From Lama glama (lineage: Eukaryota): 64,000 bases of DNA. The DNA lies in assembly GCA_028534125.1 (NCBI GenBank), contig CM052848.1, forward strand, positions 9,672,001 to 9,736,000, given 5' to 3'. Each line of letters begins with the position of its first letter. The stretch's first letter is position 1. This document shows positions 50,985 through 63,937 of the stretch, piece after piece. Made by a program: the position numbers and the translations under genes. The notes below the pieces were generated by a model, which worked only from the letters and a program-made list of their open reading frames with translations, searched no databases and was not told the DNA's origin.

Positions 50985-52045
50985 GAATCAGTTGTGGCTG
51001 CACCACTCACTACCGCACCACTCAGTGGCTTAAAGCAATATCGACTTACTGTTACAGATGAATTACCCCTGCCTTTGGTTTTCTGACTCTTTGATGTCCG
51101 GGAGGGCTATCCCTCCCAGGTTGGCTAACTCCTAGAAACAGCAAGTGACTCACCTGCATGGGGGCCTTTCAGATGCAGACCAACCAACCCAGAGCCCACG
51201 TCCTCACTGCCTCCTTTATGGGAAGGCTCCCACCCTCTGGACCACTGTCCTCTGTCCTAATCATTCCAGGGCCAGGTGCCAGACAACTGGGGACAGCCCT
51301 CATGCCCCAGAGCCCACCGAAATCATCCAGACTAGCAAATCCTAAGCCCGTTACCCTGCCTCGCCCATTCTTCCCATGGAAACCATGGGAAGGGCTCTTG
51401 CCCACGTTCCCCCCAACCCCCTGCACCCTGACTGACCCTGGTGCTTCCTCATGCGGCCCCACCATGGACTGGCATGCCCTTTCCCTTGGGATCTGTGCGA
51501 ATAACACACTCTTTTCAGTGGCAGCCATCCCCCAATCTGTTGGCCTCACCATACCTGAATCATAGTAAAACCTGTATTTTAAAACTACAGTTTGCAGGTC
51601 AGCGAGGCAGCTCTGCAGGACTCAGTGGGGTGTCTGCAGGCAGCCGTGGGTCCAGCAGGCAGCTCCGCTAATCTTCACTGCGCTGCCTTGTTTGTGTGGG
51701 GATTCGCTGCTTTGTGGCTGTAAACTTCTGGAATGTTCATGGCTGGGCCAGCTGGGCTCCCCGTCCTGTGGTCTCTCCCCTTCCAGCAGGCCAGCCTGGG
51801 CGTGGTCACAGGGCAGTGGCAGGGAGCCAAGGGAGTAGGAGTGGGCGGGACCTCTTCAGGCCTCAGCTTAGAATGGGCACACACCACTTTCCCTGCATCC
51901 TGTTGGCCGAAGCAAGTCACAAAGCAGCCTAGATTCAGCAGGGAGGGGAAGAAACAGACTCGGCCTTTTGACAAAGGGGCTGCAGAGTCATATGGAAAAT
52001 GGTGTGGATGCAGGGAACGGTGGAGAAATGGAGACATTCGCTCTG
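50985..52045 (-). mobile_element. MLT1 (G/H-type) LTR split by a MER74-like LTR
   Basis: CTCAGTGGCTTAAAGCAA on the left; TTGGCCGAAGCAAGTCACAAAG...GCAGAGTCATATGG on the right. Confidence 0.7.
51050..51585 (+). mobile_element. MER74-like ERVL LTR
   Basis: CCAGGGCCAGGTGCCAGACAACTGGGGACAGCCC...TGTTGGCCTCACCATACCTGAAT. Confidence 0.75.
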
Positions 52046-52274
52046 CTGCTTTGCTCAAAATGTTTTGCTCAAAAGAGAAAATTACCTAAAACACAGTTTC
52101 CCCCATTGACTCAAATAAGGGCATTTACATTTTAAATTACAAAAGGAAAAAAGGAAAAGGTGGCTTGTGTGTGAAAAATTCTTCACCGTTCCAACAGAAC
52201 TAGAATGAGATGGCATTTCATTTCATCACTTCAGTGGGAGGAATCCCATCAACATAAATGATGGGGACAAAATA

Positions 52275-52428
52275 TGGCCCTCAGACTGGGAATCCCTTGG
52301 GATCATCATTAAAATGCAGATTCCTGGCCCCAGAACATCTAATTCAGTAAGGTCCAGGAGTCTTCATGTGAATGAGCACCTCAGGGGACTCAATGCAGGT
52401 GATCCTAAAAACCTTTGAAAAATGCTGG
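52275..52428. mobile_element. MER5-type hAT element
   Basis: TTAAAATGCAGATTCCTGGCCCC...TTTGAAAAATGCTG. Confidence 0.65.
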
Positions 52429-53408
52429 TGTCAAAAATTGTGTGTGTGTGTGTGATAGCATCTCCCTTTTACAAAAAGGAAACTAACGGTCTAAGGCTTA
52501 GACCAGTTTGGTGACCTGTTCAAGTTCACTTGGACGATTAACTTCAGAGCTAGGATTAGCACCCAAGTCTCTTAGCTTCTGACCTGTGAGGTGTGGTTTG
52601 AGGGGTGCAGAGAGCCCCCATTCCCCTTAAAAACATTTCCATCGAGGTCTTGCCACAATTTCCGAGAGTCTCCCATCAGCCATCCTTGGTCTCCTCTTCT
52701 ATGTGAGCAAGATTATCACCCCCTTCCAAACCTTGCAAGAGGTCTAGACCTACAGGCACTGGCAAGGTAGGGGCACAGGGAAGGCGAACATGTAAAACCT
52801 GCTGGCCTGAAAGTCTCACACCTCAGCTTGGTCCTGGAGGAGCAAGTGGTGAAAAGAGAGCAGGAAGGAGAGAGGAGGAGGAGGAAGGGGAACACCTCTG
52901 CAGTCCGTCCTCTCTCTGCACGGGTGGATCCTCGTACCCCCACGACCGTGGGGCTGTCACCAGTCCATTTTACACATGGAGAAACAGGACGCACAGAGGC
53001 TCAGGCACATTTCCCAGTGGGGACTGGATCCTGCCTCTTCTGCCCTCCTCCTGGAAAATGATGCTTGACAAATAGAAATAACAGGCATGGATGGTTTCCT
53101 CTGGAAGAGAAGTGAGGAATCAGCTCACTTTTAAGATAAATTAAGTCTTTCAGCTTGCTGTGGCAAATGACACCCAGGACACACACCCAGATGGGAATTT
53201 GTGATCACACAGTTCCACCCTGACTGCCCTTAGACACGCACAGTGTTGTCAGGACAACAAAAATGTGCTTCTGTGCCCAGTCTGCTCAGAGTTGTACAGT
53301 GTCTAACTGCTCCTCACAGCGAGTAAGAAAATAATCCTCGTCAGCTTGCCATTGGCTCTCATCATTGGCCGGGTTGTCCCCTTGGAGCTCTGTCACTGCC
53401 TCCGATGG

Positions 53409-53898
53409 TGTGTTAGGTTCTCAAAGAGGATGTGTGAGTATGCTACATTATTATCTCTCAATAGATAAAGAGATAAATAGGTTATTTCCACCTATCTGTC
53501 TAGTGATCTGTTGATCTATCATCTAATCTACCATCTATAGAGAGATTTATCTTAAGAAATTGGCTCATGCCATTGTGGGACTGGCTAGTCCAAAATCTGC
53601 GGGGCAGGCTGGCTGGAGCCGGAGGGAAGAGCTGGTGTTGCAGTTTAAGTCTGAAGGCTATCAGCTGGCAGAGTTCTTTCTTCACCCTGGGAAGACCTTA
53701 GTCTTTTTTCTATTAAGACCCTCAGCTGACTGGACGAGGTCCATGTCCATTCTGGAGGGTAATCTGCTTTACTCAGAGTCTCCTGATGTGAATGTTAATC
53801 TCATCTAAAAATACCTTCACAGCAACATCTAGACTGGGGTTTGTCCGGAACTGGGCACCACAGCCTAGGGAGGTTGACAGATGAAATTAACTCTCACA
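53409..53898 (-). mobile_element. MLT2 (ERVL) solo LTR
   Basis: GAGATTTATCTTAAGAAATTGGCTCATG...GGAGGGTAATCTGCTTTACTCA...AAATTAACTCTCACA. Confidence 0.88.
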
Positions 53899-55239
53899 GC
53901 TGAACAGGGAGTATCCAGCGATGAGGGTGGGGATCTGTGTTTAGAAACAGGCTTATTGCTGAGCTGGACTTGATGGGAGGAAAACAGGACACAGGGGCCA
54001 CCCCAGCAACTCCTGCCTCTGAAACTCAGCAGAGTCGAGGCCGGGAGCTGGTGTGGCCTCCCGGAGAGCAAGCCGAGTCCTTCCACCTGTGCTTGAGCAC
54101 CTGGCTCTCGCTGCAGGTAGGAGACGGCGTGGCTCTGCTGACAGCTGCGTTATTCCCCCACCCAGCCGCCTCCTTGTGTGGGCCGCACACCCTGTCCTCC
54201 CAAAGACACACCTGGCCACACACCCCAGAGAGACCCCCAGGGGCCTCAGAGTGGCCAGGGCCCTGGATTGTTCTGGATTGTTCCCCTTGGGCAGTGTGCA
54301 CTCAGCCGACTGGACCTGCTGGAGCCCTGGTGCTAGTAGTGTGACGGAAGAGCCAGGGCAAGTCCAACAGGGGTGCTTTCAAGCAGCGTGAACCCCAGGG
54401 AAATGTTGGAGCACCAAGGAAAATAGGGAAGCGGCCTCTTTTGGAGGGGGTGGGGAAACCGTGGAGGAGGTGGGGGTGGGTGGTGCTGCTGGCCAGTCAG
54501 GGGAGGTGGGGAAGGGGGAGGGAGGACGAGCTGGAGAGGAGGAGGGCAGAGAAGGGTGGGGACCCTCCGCAACAGTGGACTCCGGCTCTGGTCTCCGGAC
54601 AAACAGGACAGAATGAGCTGGAGACGCATCATCTGCAGCCCCGGGGGTCCGGGCTTAACTGGGGCTGACAGCAATGCTGGACGTCATTATCTGGCTATTG
54701 CTGGTGAAAGTCGGATATTTTTAGCCTCGCTTATCTGAGTAAGTTACTTGAACAGCTTTAACCTGAGGTCAGGTTTGATTGGAAAAAGAGAGAAATGTAA
54801 AGACCTGGGGAGGGAGCTCTGGGAGCAGGGCTGGCCTGAGGCGCAAGCGGAAGCTGGCACCTCATCTCTGTGGCTGTGGAAGGAGGTGAAAGTTAGGAGT
54901 GAAGGGAAAACAGTCTGGTCCTTCTCAGGTCATACCACGTGGGCAGTCAGCGCTTCTGCTTACTTAGGCTGCACGATAATTTACCCGCCATCGACCTTAG
55001 GGGCTTGCTGCAATGACTGACCAGCTCTCACAGGTTTGGACGCGGCAGGGAGCTCAGAGATCGTCTCGCCATGGGACGGCGAATGTGGCGCTCTTCCACG
55101 CATGTCCCTCTCCGCCCGTGGACGGTGTCCCCCCCAGATCATCTGTTCCTCTTCCACTCCCATCACTGCAGATGAGGGGCAGGTTCTGAATCCTTTCACC
55201 CAAGAGCTCTTCTAATTAATGGCAGTGGTTTAAGGCCCT

Positions 55240-55398
55240 GTCATCAAACTGGAATCTGAAGACCAGCACCCAGGGCGTCACCCTGGAGCTGGTTGGCAAG
55301 GCAGAACCTCGACCGTGTGCCAGACCTACCAGATCAGAATCTGCCTTTTGACAAGCTTCTAGGCGACCCACACACACCACGAGTCTTGAGAAGCACTG
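55240..55398. mobile_element. MER5A1-type hAT element
   Basis: CAGACCTACCAGATCAGAATCTGC...TTGAGAAGCACTG. Confidence 0.65.
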
Positions 55399-55660
55399 GG
55401 TTAACTTTCCTCCCCAGCTGAAACACAGAGAATATTCTCAGAGTGATGGCACAAATATACTTTAGAAGTGGCAGAGCAGGGAGTAGAAAGGTCTGGAGAC
55501 TGAAGCCAACCCCTCTGGCTTCACCTTTGTCACTAATTAGCTGTGTGACCTGGAGTAAGTCACATAAACTGAGCCTTTAGATTGAACACTGTCCAAATTC
55601 TGTGTCTAATTCACCTCTGCACCCCTGGTACCTAGAATGTGTAGGAGGCTATAAAGGAAA

Positions 55661-55744
55661 GGGGGTGTATAGCTCAATGGCAGAGTGGGTGCTTAGCATG
55701 CACAAGGTCCTGGCTTCAATCCTCAGTACCGCCATTTAAAAAAT
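55661..55744 (+). mobile_element. Short Vic-1-type SINE
   Basis: GTATAGCTCAATGGCAGAG...CTTAGCATGCACAAGGTCCTGGCTTCAATCC plus A-tail. Confidence 0.85.
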
Positions 55745-56687
55745 GCAAAGGGGAAGACTGATCTGTGGGCCTGCTTCCCCAGCCCCAGTTGAAGGTATAC
55801 CAAAGAGTGACTCCCAGCCCCCACACCTGTGAGTTTGTAACACGCTGACTTGTGTCTCGGTTGAGCTAACGTGAGGTGAGCGGGTTGGCGGGGAGCCAGC
55901 AGGAAGCAGAAGTGTCCCCCCTCGTGGCCCCCTTGAGCTCTGCTTGGAAGGGCAGACTCTGGGCCAGGAAGCTGTGGGTCGGGGTCACCGGCCTTTCTAC
56001 TGCTCAGCCCCAGAGACCTTGGTCAGGCCCGCCCCGGCCTCCTGTGACCCTCTCCTCCTTGCTCCAGACTCCACACCTTCCCTCGGTGTCTGCCCGACCC
56101 CCTGGGCACCCTGGCTGCTTCCTTCCTCTGCCGCAGCCCAGATGTGGAGTGAGAGGCTGTCTCCCCGGCGCCCATTCCCTCAGGCGTACGAGCACCCTGG
56201 GGTTATTTGGGTTTATCGCCCGTCGCTGCCAGTGAACCGAGGCTGGCGGTACCACAGGAGTTCCCACAATGCCCCTGGAGGCCTGTCGTCTCCGACTCAC
56301 CCTCCACACCCCTCACCTCCCACCCCTTTCCAGATTGACGAGGCCATCTTCCCCAGCAGTCCTCTTGTGCCTCAGGTGACTTGCAATACTCGGCTCTCTG
56401 ACCCTCACCTGGAGCCCCAGTAAGCTGAGCCGTCCTGGGTCTTAGCTGCTTTTAAAGAGGGACCAGGAGGAGGAGAAGAAGAAGGGGAGGGGAGGAGAAA
56501 AATAGAGCCAGAAAAGAGACAAAGACACCCTTAGCTGTCTGAGGAAATCTCCTTCAGTCTGATCCTGTACCTGACGTCTCCCCACACCTCCTACCCCTTC
56601 GACAGATTGTCACTGGGTCTCCTCCTGGGGCTGGAAACCAGCATCACTCGTCCCACCAGGATAACTTCCCTCTAATGCTGGCCTCTT

Positions 56688-56726
56688 GGGTTTCCCATGC
56701 AAATGAGTCACAGATTAATTTGACAG
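56688..56726. promoter_or_regulatory. Octamer/AP-1 composite motif cluster
   Basis: GGGTTTCCC-ATGCAAAT overlapping TGAGTCA, then TAATT and TGACAG. Confidence 0.35.
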
Positions 56727-57602
56727 AAGGATACTTTACCTTACACACAAGTTAGGTTCTTAAACCAATATTTGAAAAGTGTTCTTGTACTCTTGTTGAA
56801 TTAATAGCATAATTTATTGGAAAGTCACAGGACAAAAAATGAGACATTGAAGAATGGGCACCCCAAACGCATGCTTGCAAAGTTATCTCCCAAGGAACCT
56901 GCTAAATTCAAAACATTTAACAAAAAAACCAACCAATCAGAATGGCCATAATCTTGGGGTACAGTGAAGGCCACCCCAGAGGCTGGGTTCCTGTCAGCCC
57001 TGCTTAGGGCCCTTAGGTGTGATGTACATGCTGGTTATCTTGACCGCTGGTTCTGCCCTCCCCTGCAAGCCTGTTGACTGAAAGTGGAAAAAATGGGATT
57101 TCCAGGGCCCCACGAATTTTGAGGTGACAGAAGACACGTGTGGTTATCAGGGTGAGAAAAGGACCTGTCTGCAAAACAGTATCCTCTCACTGACAGTGCA
57201 GGGAATGGGCTGTTCCCCTTGTAGCTGGATCGTTTATTGAGATGTTAATTCAGCCTTGTTCCTATTACAATTAGTGCCAATAGAGTTAATTTTTTCCTTT
57301 GCCAGGAGTCCTGGAGATCTGTGATGCCCTTGGCAAAGAAGAGAAGGATCCAGCCTTTGGTTTCTAAGTCTGAAGCTCAGAGGGCTGTGGGGCTCTTTAT
57401 CTGAAAAGAGAAAATTTCCAGCGAATAAGTGACACAGGGCAGAAGGTATGGCCCCACCTTGAGGGGTGGGATTAGGTATGCAGTTTGGTGAGGGGGGCAG
57501 CCCACATGTACTGGAGACCTGAGCCCCAGTTTTCAAGTGTCCATAAGGAAGAATGGCTTCTCAGAGGGCTGGGGGAGGCGGGACTCTAGGGGACTCTTGG
57601 GT

Positions 57603-57757
57603 CTTTTTATCAAAGTGTGGTCCATGAGCAACAATGACCATCACCTGTGAACATATCTGAAATGCAGAATCTGGGGCTCCTCTCGGAAACATTGAATAAA
57701 ATCTGTATTTAACAAAACAGCAAGTGCCTTGTGTTCACATTCGAGTATGAGAACTTC
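57603..57757. mobile_element. MER5A1-type hAT element
   Basis: TCAAAGTGTGGTCC...CATCACCTG...GAAATGCAGAATCT. Confidence 0.7.
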
Positions 57758-58157
57758 CCTAGGTTACACTCTTGGGGCCTCGGCAGTGGTGCCTGGACAA
57801 ACTCAGCACAAAGGAGGAAATTGGGGCCACATGATGGGAAGGCTCCCCAGTGGCCTCAGACAAGATACTTCACAGCAGCAGTCATGAGCCACTAGTACCT
57901 CCTTACCACCCAAGGAGGGCAGGGACCTCAAAAACATGCCTGAGATGGAATTTCCCACCAACTCAAAAAGTGGGTTAGTGAATTTACAAAATATAAAGAC
58001 ACCTGATGTGTCTTCTACCTGAGTGCTGTGGAGTCAGTTTATACCCTTTACTTGGTTAAATGGATTTCCTGATAAGGTGTCTGTGAAATACCTAGTCCCT
58101 CCTATCAACACACACAATAGATTTTAATTCTTTTTGTTGAAAAGTCACCAAAATACG

Positions 58158-58572
58158 TGTAATTAGTGTTTTTGCTGCATAACAATCTCAAGAGCTTAGT
58201 AACTTATAATGAATGTTCCTTTCCTTGCTCAGGGGTCTCAGGCCCCATGGCTCTGCGGGGATCAGCTGGGCTTGAATCTGAGCCACAGTGGAGTTCATGT
58301 CCACTCCACATGTCTTCACTTGGCAGAACCAACAGCCACCCAAAGCATATTCTTCTCATTGCAGATGGCAGGTGACAGAAGCAAAGCATCCAAGCCAAAC
58401 CATAAGGCATCTGCTAGCATCACTTGCTCACATTTCATTGGCTGAATCAAGTTAGATGGCCACACCCAGGTGAGTGAGGACATCTGCCTCACCTACCCTA
58501 TTGAGAAGCAATGTGAGGTCACATGACAAAAGAAGAGAGGAGAGAAATGGGAACCAAAATCCTATCTTGCAC
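58158..58572 (-). mobile_element. MLT1I/J-type MaLR LTR
   Basis: TTGCTGCATAACAA...CACATTTCATTGGC...GTCACATGACAAA. Confidence 0.7.
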
Positions 58573-58982
58573 AATACATCAGCCCATTTCCTGCCTTGGT
58601 AAACCTAATGCACCCAGGCAAGGCTGTCTGGGATGCTGAAGGCTCTGACCAGCCAGGTTCGGCTTAGGACCAAGAATGTGGGCAGGAAGAGAGAAGTCTA
58701 CTTTCTCTGTAGAATGCTGAGGCTGTCATTTTAAATATGCCCTGCTCATTTCTTATTAACCTGATCTGAAGGCACCAAAAAAAAAAAATCAGTTAACTTC
58801 GGGATTAATCTGTGCAGTTCTGGTTAGTCAAGATTTTCCTGATTGATAGCAAATGGCTTTATTTTTTCGTATTCAATAATTGTGAATTTTAAAAATTATT
58901 TAGTACAAATTCAGAACATGCTTTCTTATAAACAAGTTTCAAATAAATAATATATGGTATAAGTATAACAGCAAGTATGATG

Positions 58983-59135
58983 GCAACATTTATTGAACGC
59001 TTACTGTGTGCCAGACATATTTAATTCTTAAACACCCTGTAAGTTATATTAGTATCTTTATTTTACAAGTGAAGGAACTGAGACTTAGTTACTCATTAAG
59101 TCATTTTCTCAGGGTCAGACAGCCAACCAGAAGCA
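58983..59135 (-). mobile_element. MIR SINE
   Basis: CATTTATTGAACGCTTACTGTGTGCCAG...ATTTTACAAGTGAAGGAACTGAGACTTAG. Confidence 0.8.
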
Positions 59136-60018
59136 TGAAAAACTCTTGAACTGAACATCTCTTAGCCTCATTGTTCTTGTCCATGAAATGAAAATAAGAA
59201 TCCCCACCCTGATATTATTAGCAATAAAGATAAAATCTATAACAACCAGCTGTATTGCAGGCTTTCTATAAATGACACCTACTTTAAAGGAACAGAGCTT
59301 CTTGATCTGTGACAGGAAGGCAATCCCTGTGCCCCTTCCTCACTGTAGGAAACAGGTTTAGCTATTCTGAGAAGTGATTCCCAAGAAGAAATGATAACAG
59401 ATAACCAAATTATTAATTTCTTCCAAACTTCTCTCCAAAATACTAAATAAGGACTTGGAAACAATGTTAAGGCAGGGTTGAAGGTTTTCTAAGAGAGAAG
59501 TACTGTGCTTTCATCTCTTGCCTCTGATAGGAGGGGGAGGTTCAAGACATGGGAGGAAGAACTGAAAACAAGTGGCTAAGCTTGTATTAGTCTTTTCCTG
59601 GGAGCTAGCTGGCGGGAGCTCTCCCAGGCTGGGGAATGGGGTCCTGACAGCAGCAGAAGACCCACATACCAGAGAAATCAACCATCACCCTATATTTGGT
59701 ATCTAAAGATGCCACTCCTGTTGCAAATCCATTTATAATCTTTAAAGACATGTAAAATCCAAAGACCATAAGAGAATGTTATTAGCAAGTGGAGAAGTCA
59801 CAAGAATCAACTTAATGTGCCTCTTTGTGGGATGTGTTTAAAAGAGAATCAACCACAGACCCCACAGCATTGAAAGGATGGTAAATAAATACTATGAACA
59901 ACTCCACATATATAAATTCAGCAACTTGGGTGAAATGGACCAATTTCTTGAAAACCACAAACTATTTAAATTCAACCAAGATGATGGGATTAGACCTTCA
60001 ACATATGAATTTTGAAGG

Positions 60019-60518
60019 NNNNNNNNNNNNNNNNNNNNNNNNNNNNNNNNNNNNNNNNNNNNNNNNNNNNNNNNNNNNNNNNNNNNNNNNNNNNNNNNNN
60101 NNNNNNNNNNNNNNNNNNNNNNNNNNNNNNNNNNNNNNNNNNNNNNNNNNNNNNNNNNNNNNNNNNNNNNNNNNNNNNNNNNNNNNNNNNNNNNNNNNNN
60201 NNNNNNNNNNNNNNNNNNNNNNNNNNNNNNNNNNNNNNNNNNNNNNNNNNNNNNNNNNNNNNNNNNNNNNNNNNNNNNNNNNNNNNNNNNNNNNNNNNNN
60301 NNNNNNNNNNNNNNNNNNNNNNNNNNNNNNNNNNNNNNNNNNNNNNNNNNNNNNNNNNNNNNNNNNNNNNNNNNNNNNNNNNNNNNNNNNNNNNNNNNNN
60401 NNNNNNNNNNNNNNNNNNNNNNNNNNNNNNNNNNNNNNNNNNNNNNNNNNNNNNNNNNNNNNNNNNNNNNNNNNNNNNNNNNNNNNNNNNNNNNNNNNNN
60501 NNNNNNNNNNNNNNNNNN
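60019..60518. other. Assembly gap (500 N)
   Basis: N run. Confidence 1.
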
Positions 60519-60716
60519 TTGTAGAATAGATAAACAAGATTACACTGTATAGCACAGGGAAATATACACAAAATGTTATGATAACTCACAGAGAAAAAAA
60601 TGTGACAATGAGTGTGTATATGTCCATGAATGACTGAAAAATTGTGCTGAACACTGGAATTTGACACAACATTGTAAAATGATTATAAATCAATAAAAAA
60701 TGTTAAAAAAAAAAAA
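60519..60716 (+). mobile_element. Young camelid L1 3' end with poly(A)
   Basis: CTGTATAGCACAGGGAAATATACAC...TTGACACAACATTGTAAAATGA...AATAAA...A12. Confidence 0.9.
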
Positions 60717-62722
60717 GTACTGTATATGAGAGCTCACCCTAAAAGGAAATAAGTAAGTATGATTATAACAAAATATATGTGGAATCTCTGTGCTGAAAAC
60801 TCTAAAATGCTGATGAAGGAAATCAAAGAAGATCTAAATATATGGAGAGACATACCATGTTCATGGATTGGCAGATTCAACATAGGAAAGATATCAATTC
60901 TCAAACTGATGTGTGGATTAGATGAAATTTCAATTAAAATTCTAGCAGAATTTTTTTATATTTGAGAAGCTGACTCTAAATCCACATAAAAGGCACAGAA
61001 ACTAGGATAGCCAAAAGAATATTGACCTTGGAAGAATCCACTTTCCAAATGTAAGACTTACTTTAAAATGACAATAATTAAGATAGTGTGGTATTGGCAG
61101 AGGGAGAGGCTCATAGATTAACAGAACAGAGAGTACAGACATTAACACAAATATGCACAATTGATTTTTGCCAAATGTGCAAAGGCAGTTCAATAGAGAA
61201 GGGATAGTATTTTCAACAAATGGTGTTGGCATTCATACCCACAGAAAAGTAAACCTCAGTCTAAACCTTCCACCTTACACAAAAATTGAATCAAGAGGGA
61301 TCATAGATCCTAATGTGAAGCATAAAACTCTAAAACTTTTCAAGGAAAACATACGAGAAGAGTTTTGCTACTTGGGGTTAGGTAAAGTGTTCTTAGACAT
61401 CACTGCAAAGGCATGATTTGTAAAAGAAAAAAGTGATAATTTGGACTTTATCAAAACTGAGAGCTTCATTCTGTGAAATACACTGTTAAAGAATAAAAAT
61501 ACAGGCTATAGACTGAGAGGAAACACTTGCAAATCACATATCTGACAAAGAACATGCATCCAAAATTGTAAAAACTGTCTTACTCAACAAACAATCCAGT
61601 GGAAAGAAAGTGGCAAAAGACTTGAACAGGAGACAGCGTATGGATGGCAAATAAATGTGTGAAAAGAGGTCCAACATCATTAGCCAGGAGAGGAATGCTA
61701 ATTAAAACTACAACAAAATACCACTATATACCTATTGGAATGTCTAAAATTAAAAACGCTAAAAACGCCAGGTCCTGGTGAGGATTTAGCAATATGGAAC
61801 TCTTACACATTGCTAATTGAAGTGTAAATTTGTGCAGCCACTCCAGAGTGACTTGGCAGTTTCTTATAAAAATAAATACACAGATATCGTCTAGCCCAGA
61901 AATCCCACTTCTAGGTATTTACCCTGGAGAAATGAAAACTTATGTTCACTCAAAAATTTGTACACAAATGTTCAGCGCTGTTCTATTTATAGTTACCCAA
62001 AACTGGAAACAATCTAACCATCCTCCAATGGGTGAAGACACAAAACAGCACATAATTCATTAAAAAGGAAGAAACTATTGGATACACATACATATATCCT
62101 GGGGGATGAATCTCAGAGGCAAGAGGAGCCAGTCTGGAAGGATTCCATACATATGATTCCATTTATATGAGATTCTTGAAAAGATAAAATTATCGTGATG
62201 GAGAACAAACAGGTGTTTGCCAGGGGCTGAGTCAGGAGGAGGGTGTGACTAGGGTGAGGCAGCACAGGGGTTTTTTGGATGGGATTGTTCTATGTCCTGA
62301 TTGTGGAGGAGGTTATACAAATCCAAAGGTATGTTTAAATTCATGGAACTGTTCATACCGAAAAAGTCTATTGTCATGTATCTTAATTTTAAAACATATT
62401 TTTAAAATCATATTTCTTTTTTTTCACGTAAGATCAGTATTTTTACTCTACTGCTTGGCATTTTATATTTGAGTATTTTACGGTAATTTTAAATGGTCTA
62501 CTAAAAAGTGCTAAGACATTTCAGTATATGACAAACCAATAGCACACCTAGAAAGATACAGAGGGTATATTTAATGGAAAAATGTTCCAAAGGTCAGTCT
62601 TTTTGATCACCTCTTCCCTTTCCCAGAATCAGCCAGTTTTGCATGATAGAGCATGTACTCATACATAGCTAAAGGTCGTATTTCTTGATGGGGTAGTTTT
62701 TTTAATCAAGAAAAAATACACA

Positions 62723-63165
62723 TTATGGCAGAAATTGTTATTGTCCCCTAGTCTCTTCTTTAGAATAACGAGTTTTCTCTGTGCGAGTGTTGAAAGGGCG
62801 CACGGCTGCCCAGCTGGAGCCTGGTTTCAGCCTCCCTTGCAGCTAGAGGAGGCCCTGTTAACTAGGTTTTGGCTCGTGTGATATGAGTCCCCCCCTTGAA
62901 AAAGAAGCTGAGTCCCCTGTCCTTCCTTATCTCCTCCTGGAGGTGGTGCTCATGAGCTGCTCTCAGCCACAAGCCTCAAGCCAGAGGACAGCCACCTGTT
63001 ACTGAAGCAGAGCAGGGCCAGCTGGGAACCTGGATGACCTCACGGAGTGGAGCCCGACCTTCTGCGCTGGACTGTTGAGGTGAGATAAAAAGACACTTTG
63101 AACTTGAGTAGGCAAAGGCATTTTCATGATTTCTTTGTCCGATCAGCTTCATGCCTGACTCCTTT
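62723..63165 (+). mobile_element. MLT1J-type MaLR LTR
   Basis: CAGCCTCCCTTGCAGCTAGA...GAACCTGGATGACCTCACGGAG. Confidence 0.65.
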
Positions 63166-63309
63166 TCGGCCCTTAGATTGCAATAACCCGCGCAGGAAAC
63201 ACCGCTATCTGGAGACTGCGCCACAGACGCACTATTCAGAGCCAGAGTAAACCCAGATTTGCAGCCATTGCCTGCTGAGGATACGGTTGTGTACCATCCC
63301 TGGTGAAAG

Positions 63310-63924
63310 TGTTACCCAACCAAGCTCGGGTCCGCTCGCCCGTGCACGGACACTGAGCTGTGGCGAAGGAAGTGCAGTGTTTATTGCGGGGCATCAAGCA
63401 AGGGGTCCAGGCAGCTAGTGCTTAAAAGACCCGAACTCCCTGAAGGCTTTCAGGGAAAGGTTTTTAAAGACAGGGTGGGGCAGGGGGTGGTGGGGTTCAT
63501 GATCAGCTCGTGGACATTCTTCTTTCTGGTCGGTGGTGAGGTCATCGGGCATCAACACCATCAACCTCCTGGTTCCAGCTGGTCTGCGGGCTCCGTGCTT
63601 GTGGGCAGCACACAGTTAACTTCTCCCACCTGGCGGGGGTTTCAGTGTCTGCAAAACGGCTCAAAGACATGGCTCAGAATATTATCTACGGCCTTTGAGG
63701 AGGAACTAAAGGTCCTTGACTTTGTTTAATGGCTAAATTATTATTATTTTGTCCTGCTTGACTGTTTTCCTTTCTTTCTGCATTTTCTCATTTCTCTGAT
63801 TAAATATAGTCTTTGGAACTCAGGGAAGCCTAGGAGACTAAAGTTTTTCTACAGACAAGAGGCAGATGGAGGACTTGGGGAAGGGTCTGTTCTAGGAAGT
63901 CCCCATACGTCCTACTCGGTTACA
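63310..63924 (-). mobile_element. ERV1-type solo LTR (615 bp)
   Basis: TGTTACC...GGTTACA termini, perfect 4-bp TSD AAAG (63306-63309 and 63925-63928), AATAAA on the minus strand near 63380. Confidence 0.88.
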
Positions 63925-63937
63925 AAAGGAATGAGTA

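Larger units (their letters stand above)
59845..62400 (+). mobile_element. Old L1 ORF2 plus 3' UTR remnant (interrupted by a gap, an MLT1 end and a young L1 tail)
   Basis: LCAENSKMLMKEIKEDLNIWRDIPCSWIGRFNI and PEIPLLGIYPGEMKTYVH are L1 ORF2 motifs. Confidence 0.9.
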
